Part shown: positions 62,298 to 64,000 of the stretch, piece by piece | Position numbering within the stretch: position 1 is the first letter of the stretch | Layout of the letters: the number at the start of each line of letters is the position of its first letter | Source: an uncultured Nitrospiraceae bacterium | GTDB lineage: Bacteria; Nitrospirota; Thermodesulfovibrionia; Thermodesulfovibrionales; SM23-35 | Direction of reading: 5' to 3' | DNA: 64,000 bases | Assembly: GCA_963725545.1 (NCBI GenBank) | Contig: CAVRZG010000033.1 | Coordinates: 2,205 to 66,204 of the forward strand | Program-made: the position numbers and the translations under genes | The notes under the pieces: model-generated | Database searches by the model: none | What the model saw: the letters and a program-made list of their open reading frames with translations, nothing else | Told to the model about the DNA's origin: nothing

Positions 62298-63635
62298 TCA
62301 GGAATGGTCTTCCGGTATAATCCTGAACTTCTTCAGTTTCCTGTACAAGGTGGCCCTTGAAATACCGAGGGCCTTGGAAGCCTTGACAGTATCGCCCTGA
62401 AAACGTTTCAGAATAACCCGGATGTGGGACTCTTCGACATCGGAATACTTGCCGGTCGGCATCGCTTCAGGCACATCCAGATTAGTCGTGGCGTCCAGAC
62501 CGTAAAAATAGTCGACTGTCAAAGGTTGACCGCGTGAAAGGAGAATGGCTCGTTCCAGCACATTTCTGAGCTCCCGGATATTGCCGGGCCAGGAATATTC
62601 CCGGAGCAGGTCCATTACATCCGGCGCTATCTCCAGAGACTGATGGCCCAGATTCCTCAGTAGATGGTACACAAGCCCGGGAATATCTTCGGCCCTCTCA
62701 CGCAGGGGGGGAATTATTATGGGAAGCACATTTATTCGGAAGTACAGGTCCTTTCTGAATGTCCCCTTTCGGGCCTCGGCGAGCAGGTCCCTGTTCGTAG
62801 CACATATCAGACGAAAGTCACTTTTCCGCGTCTTGACTTCACCAAGCCTGCGGAACTGCTTTTCCTCGATGACCTTAAGGAATTGCGCCTGCACCCCGAT
62901 ATCCATGTCCCCAATTTCATCGAGGAACAGGGTCCCGCCGTCCGCTGCTTCAATGAGGCCCTGCTTTTCCTGAACCGCCGAGGTAAAAGCCCCTCTCGAA
63001 TGACCGAAGAGTTCGCTCGCAAGCAGATCTCCCCTGAGGTTTGAACAATTCACCTCGACAAAAGCCATCGACCCGCGCGGGCTGTTCTCGTGAAGCCATT
63101 TAGCCAGGACCCCCTTGCCCGATCCTGTCTCGCCGGCAATCACGATAGGAGAGTCATTCCCTGACGCAATAGTTGCAAGGTTGAGTATTTTTCCCATGGC
63201 CGGACTTTCACCAAAATATATATAGTCCTTCTTGGCCAGCCTCTTGTCAATCAGATGCTTTCTGCGCAGAGTGCCGATTTCAAGGCTTTTCCTGAGAAAG
63301 ACCTCAAGGTCGGCCATGTTCACAGGCTTTGTCAGGAAATTGTCTGCTCCCCTGCGCATCGCCTCGACAGCGATCGGAACGTCTCCGAACCCTGTTATGA
63401 TTATTATCGGGATGTCGGGATAACTCTCTCTGACCTCTATGATCCAGTCCAGACCGTTTCCGTCCGGAAGGTTAAGGTCCAGAAGGACCGCGTCGAATCT
63501 CTGAGATTGCAGCACTTCTTTTGCTTCGGAAAGACAGGAAGCTTCGTGAACGGTGTACCCGACTTTTGAAAGATATTTAGAAAAGCCAAACCTCGTTGCT
63601 TCTTCGTCATCAATCAGAAGGATATTCGAGTTCAT
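62298..63635 (-). CDS. sigma54-dependent (NtrC-family) response regulator
   Basis: REC, GETGSGK, GAFTSA, FLDEIG, WPGNIREL, Fis HTH. Confidence 0.95.
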   Translation of the reverse strand: MNSNILLIDDEEATRFGFSKYLSKVGYTVHEASCLSEAKEVLQSQRFDAVLLDLNLPDGNGLDWIIEVRESYPDIPIIIITGFGDVPIAVEAMRRGADNFLTKPVNMADLEVFLRKSLEIGTLRRKHLIDKRLAKKDYIYFGESPAMGKILNLATIASGNDSPIVIAGETGSGKGVLAKWLHENSPRGSMAFVEVNCSNLRGDLLASELFGHSRGAFTSAVQEKQGLIEAADGGTLFLDEIGDMDIGVQAQFLKVIEEKQFRRLGEVKTRKSDFRLICATNRDLLAEARKGTFRKDLYFRINVLPIIIPPLRERAEDIPGLVYHLLRNLGHQSLEIAPDVMDLLREYSWPGNIRELRNVLERAILLSRGQPLTVDYFYGLDATTNLDVPEAMPTGKYSDVEESHIRVILKRFQGDTVKASKALGISRATLYRKLKKFRIIPEDHS

Positions 63636-64000
63636 TCGGTCTTCTCCTGAAACAAGGGCAAGGTTATCTGCACGGTACAGCCTGGCGGCGGATTATTGTT
63701 CCAGATGGACACATCACCACCATGGGCCTGTACAATATGCTTCACAATGCTCAGACCCAATCCTGTACCTTTTTTCCTGGAAGTGAAGAATGGTTCAAAG
63801 ACCCTTGACAGATTTTCCGGCGCCACCCCGGCGCCGGGATCAATGATCTGCACGTGTATTGAAGACCCTTTAGGGCCGCAAATAACAAACTGGATTTCAC
63901 TTCCCTCGGGGCTGTGATGACAGGCGTTCTCAAGCACGTTAAAAAAGACCTGCTGAAGTCTTGAGCTGTCGGCTTTTACATAGAGGCCCTTTTCTTCAAA
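63632..64000 (-). CDS. histidine kinase C-terminal HATPase (runs off window end)
   Basis: QQVFFNVLENA, DPGAG, FEPFF, GTGLGL. Confidence 0.9.
   Translation of the reverse strand, partial: FEEKGLYVKADSSRLQQVFFNVLENACHHSPEGSEIQFVICGPKGSSIHVQIIDPGAGVAPENLSRVFEPFFTSRKKGTGLGLSIVKHIVQAHGGDVSIWNNNPPPGCTVQITLPLFQEKTE

Overview
Bacterial chromosomal window. Gene content (rfaE1/kdsC LPS genes, DUF4388 proteins, sigma54 systems, GEMM riboswitch) suggests a Nitrospirota or deltaproteobacteria-like genome; this is inference only. Many conserved genes (queC, plsY, kdsC, glgP, pilT, tex, RSH, tkt, norBC, DEAD helicase) are split by single-base indels, most simply explained as long-read consensus errors. Housekeeping blocks alternate with two accessory-looking regions, about 4.2-8.5 kb (PAS protein, PilZ protein with riboswitch, IS remnant) and about 39.3-53.2 kb (glycogen and pentose-phosphate genes, a sigma54-driven cytochrome c/NorCB-like module, hemerythrins, gene remnants). 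Intergenic space is dense with nested inverted-repeat elements. Top observations: (1) a full-length bacterial homologue of the eukaryotic phosphohistidine phosphatase PHPT1 (Janus/Ocnus family) with catalytic residues retained; (2) a GEMM-I riboswitch with the A20 (3',3'-cGAMP-type) signature upstream of a PilZ gene; (3) a rhodanese-ferritin fusion with an in-frame UGA at the catalytic Cys and a SECIS-like hairpin; (4) a NorB lacking conserved glutamates; (5) a 232-bp nested inverted-repeat element present four times; (6) a long RelA/SpoT homologue with a degenerate synthetase domain. No CRISPR array, rRNA or tRNA was seen. All family calls come from motif recognition by eye, not database searches.
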